IMG/VR virus record: IMGVR_UViG_3300049186_000050
Coordinates: 1-25,073 of that record
Length of the DNA stretch: 25,073 bases
Strand: one strand, 5' to 3'
Origin: a virus
Taxonomy: Duplodnaviria > Caudoviricetes
Positions 23,132-25,073 of this stretch are shown here, piece by piece (position 1 is the first letter of the stretch; every line of letters starts with the position of its first letter). A program made the translations under genes and the position numbers. The notes under the pieces are model-generated. The model saw only the letters and a program-made list of their open reading frames with translations, did no database searches and had not been told where the DNA came from.

Positions 23132-24769
23132 TCAGTTGGCTTTCTCAGTTGAGAGAAGCGCCTTGCATAGTTCCTTGGCAAGTGATACAGGAACAGCATT
23201 GCCAATCTGTTTCACTACCTGCTCACGATTGCCATGAAAGCGATACTCATCAGGAAATGACATGGCACGTGCCAGCTCATGGGGTTGCAACATACGGAAG
23301 CGGATATCAAGCAGGTACTTCTTATCGTTATGTGTGAAGATAAGCGGTTCGACCAAACCAAATCGATCACGTCCTGTCTGTGTCTTCAATGGTTCATCAA
23401 CAGAGGATGCACGGCCAGTGCCGTAGTATTCAATCAGGAAGGGTTCAGCTAATCCGAAATGCGGAGTTGCTGTCACAGTTGGCAGTGGTTGATCAACGGG
23501 GCGATGTGATGCCTTGACCGCTTCATCCGATGTTCCATTCAGCATTACGATGTAGGGTTCAACAAATGACCAGGCATCAACACTGGTGATCGTTGGCATG
23601 GGGACATCGAGTGAATAGGCTCGCATATCATCCTTGCCGTGATTGACGGGCATGATGAATGGTTGAACCAAGCCAAAGCGATTGCTGGTATCCAGCGTTG
23701 GCAAGGGTTCAGTGATTGGCTTTGTGCGTCGCTCTGAATTCTTGCCATTGTGATATTCGACCAGGAACGGTTCAATAAGCGCGATGCCGCGGCTGGTGGA
23801 GGTAATTGTTGAAACAGGCTCATCCACACTGCGCGGAGCACCACTGGAAAACTGCGGAAGGATGAATGGTTCGATCAATGAAATGGCACCGGCTCCCGCC
23901 ACAGTTGGAATGGGTTGATCAACGTCACGAGCCACTGCACCAGATTGTTGACCAAGCACAAATGCCTTACCGCCATATTTCATCAGGCCTGCCCAAATGC
24001 GGCGAAGCGTATTATCTGCAAGCGGGCGTTTGCGGCTGAAAATAGATTCGCCTTTGATGGTCCAATCAATAATCTCGCGTGCGGCTTTCCAGGTTGGAAG
24101 AGAGCCAAACATATTGCCGCCATTTTTGTGATGTGTAGGTTCAGGGAACTTCATGGCTTTGTGCTTGCGGGCAATAATAAATAAGCGCTTGCGAGTGGTT
24201 GGATCTCCGTAATCAGCGGCATTGAGAACGCGATGATCAACGGTGTATCCGATCGCTTCTAGCTTTCGAAGGAAGCGATAAAAGTATTCGCCTTTGCGTT
24301 TCTGAATTGGCTTTTCATAATGGCATTTGGATAAATGTTTCTCTGCCTTCACACCAGCGCCACAAGTGCAAGTTCGGTGAAGCGGTCCCCAATCTTGAAA
24401 ATCAGGGACATTCTCGATCAGCACATCTTCCACATCCAGAGATTGAACCCAGCGCAAAACGTATTTGACACTGGCACGGCTTTGTTTGCTCATGGGTTTG
24501 CCACCACGTGCCCGGCTGAAATGCGTACATTCAGGCGATGCCACCAATAAGCGCAGCTTGCCAGATGGCACTACCTTGCGCGGATCAATGTTTTGCAGAT
24601 CGCTGTTGAAGTGATCAACATTGGGATGGTTCTCAGAGTGAGTTGAAATTGCCAGTTCCCAATGATTGATCGCAACCAGGTGAACGTTTTGATTCAATTC
24701 TTTTGCGGCTTGCAATAAGCCTGTGGATGTGCCACCAGCACCGCAGAATAGATCAGCTACGTTCTGCAT
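23132..24769 (-). CDS. DNA (cytosine-5) methyltransferase
   Basis: Motif I DLFCGAGG, IV ASPECTHFS, VI IENV, VIII PTTRKRLF, IX-X RMLQPHELARAMSFP...QIGNAVP; ATG at 24769 overlaps the recombinase stop (TGATG) with a GGAGAGG RBS. Confidence 0.95.
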   Translation of the reverse strand: MQNVADLFCGAGGTSTGLLQAAKELNQNVHLVAINHWELAISTHSENHPNVDHFNSDLQNIDPRKVVPSGKLRLLVASPECTHFSRARGGKPMSKQSRASVKYVLRWVQSLDVEDVLIENVPDFQDWGPLHRTCTCGAGVKAEKHLSKCHYEKPIQKRKGEYFYRFLRKLEAIGYTVDHRVLNAADYGDPTTRKRLFIIARKHKAMKFPEPTHHKNGGNMFGSLPTWKAAREIIDWTIKGESIFSRKRPLADNTLRRIWAGLMKYGGKAFVLGQQSGAVARDVDQPIPTVAGAGAISLIEPFILPQFSSGAPRSVDEPVSTITSTSRGIALIEPFLVEYHNGKNSERRTKPITEPLPTLDTSNRFGLVQPFIMPVNHGKDDMRAYSLDVPMPTITSVDAWSFVEPYIVMLNGTSDEAVKASHRPVDQPLPTVTATPHFGLAEPFLIEYYGTGRASSVDEPLKTQTGRDRFGLVEPLIFTHNDKKYLLDIRFRMLQPHELARAMSFPDEYRFHGNREQVVKQIGNAVPVSLAKELCKALLSTEKAN

Positions 24770-25073
24770 CACCACACCTCTCCAACAGCGGACATGAGGA
24801 CATCAAACGATGAACGCAGGTAGATCTCGGTGGTCTCGGGGCGTTTGTGTCCGAGCAGGCGCATGATGGTGCGGATGATTTCGATTAGTGCAAGCCCTTG
24901 TTTGAGAAGGCGCTGCTCGACGCGTTTGGCGAAGGTGAAGCGCAGGGAGTGGCAGAGCAGGTCAGGGATGCGAGTATCAGTTCGAAGGTCGGTGACGAGG
25001 CGCTGTATGGAGCGCGTGGAGAGCCGGTCGGTGGATTTCCCGTCAAAGAGGGCTGGGTTGTCATCCTGGCGCA
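24769..25073 (-). CDS. Tyrosine recombinase, C-terminal part (5' end outside the window)
   Basis: Own translation ...LSTRSIQRLVTDLRTDTRIPDLLCHSLRFTFAK...IMRLLGHKRPETTEIYLR...; HxLR, LLGH and catalytic Tyr present. Confidence 0.9.
   Translation of the reverse strand, partial: RQDDNPALFDGKSTDRLSTRSIQRLVTDLRTDTRIPDLLCHSLRFTFAKRVEQRLLKQGLALIEIIRTIMRLLGHKRPETTEIYLRSSFDVLMSAVGEVW

Larger units (their letters stand above)
1..25073 (-). mobile_element. Tailed phage/prophage (possibly a phage-plasmid); both ends lie outside the window
   Basis: Terminase, portal, prohead protease-capsid, head completion, primase, helicase-like and recombinase genes all co-oriented on the minus strand; no host housekeeping genes. 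Confidence 0.95.

Noticed and set aside
1-25073. tRNA/rRNA genes, restriction endonuclease, reverse transcriptase/DGR, stop-codon recoding
   Set aside because: No supporting motifs seen by eye; genes tile densely under the standard bacterial code and all three stop codons are used

Overview
The whole window is part of a tailed (Caudoviricetes) phage or prophage, and every credible gene is on the minus strand, many coupled by ATGA/TGATG/TAATG overlaps. Read in the direction of transcription (right to left), the early/replication part has a partial tyrosine recombinase, a C5-cytosine DNA methyltransferase, a DnaG-like primase, a P-loop helicase-like NTPase and an iteron-like repeat array. An accessory block follows: membrane protein, ParM-like actin plus a ParR-like partner, J-domain protein, ASCH protein, minimal PolX, a split GT-C-like membrane protein and a second methyltransferase. 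A sigma70-type promoter and leader terminator then precede the late region: holin-like genes, SH3b protein, small and large terminase, a protease-scaffold-major capsid fusion, head decoration and completion genes, a displaced portal and a partial downstream gene. The most notable signals are (i) a possible phage-plasmid replicon (ParMR-like module, P4-type GGTGAACA iterons, a GC-skew switch near 23.0 kb, a recombinase inside an operon), (ii) a T4-gp21-type protease/scaffold/capsid polyprotein with a nested internal start and T4-like cleavage motifs, and (iii) eight REP-like palindromes and seven heptamer tracts, several lying in frame inside phage genes. The repeat types suggest a Chloroflexota (Anaerolineae-like) host, which is inference only. 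All family assignments come from motif recognition by eye, not database searches.
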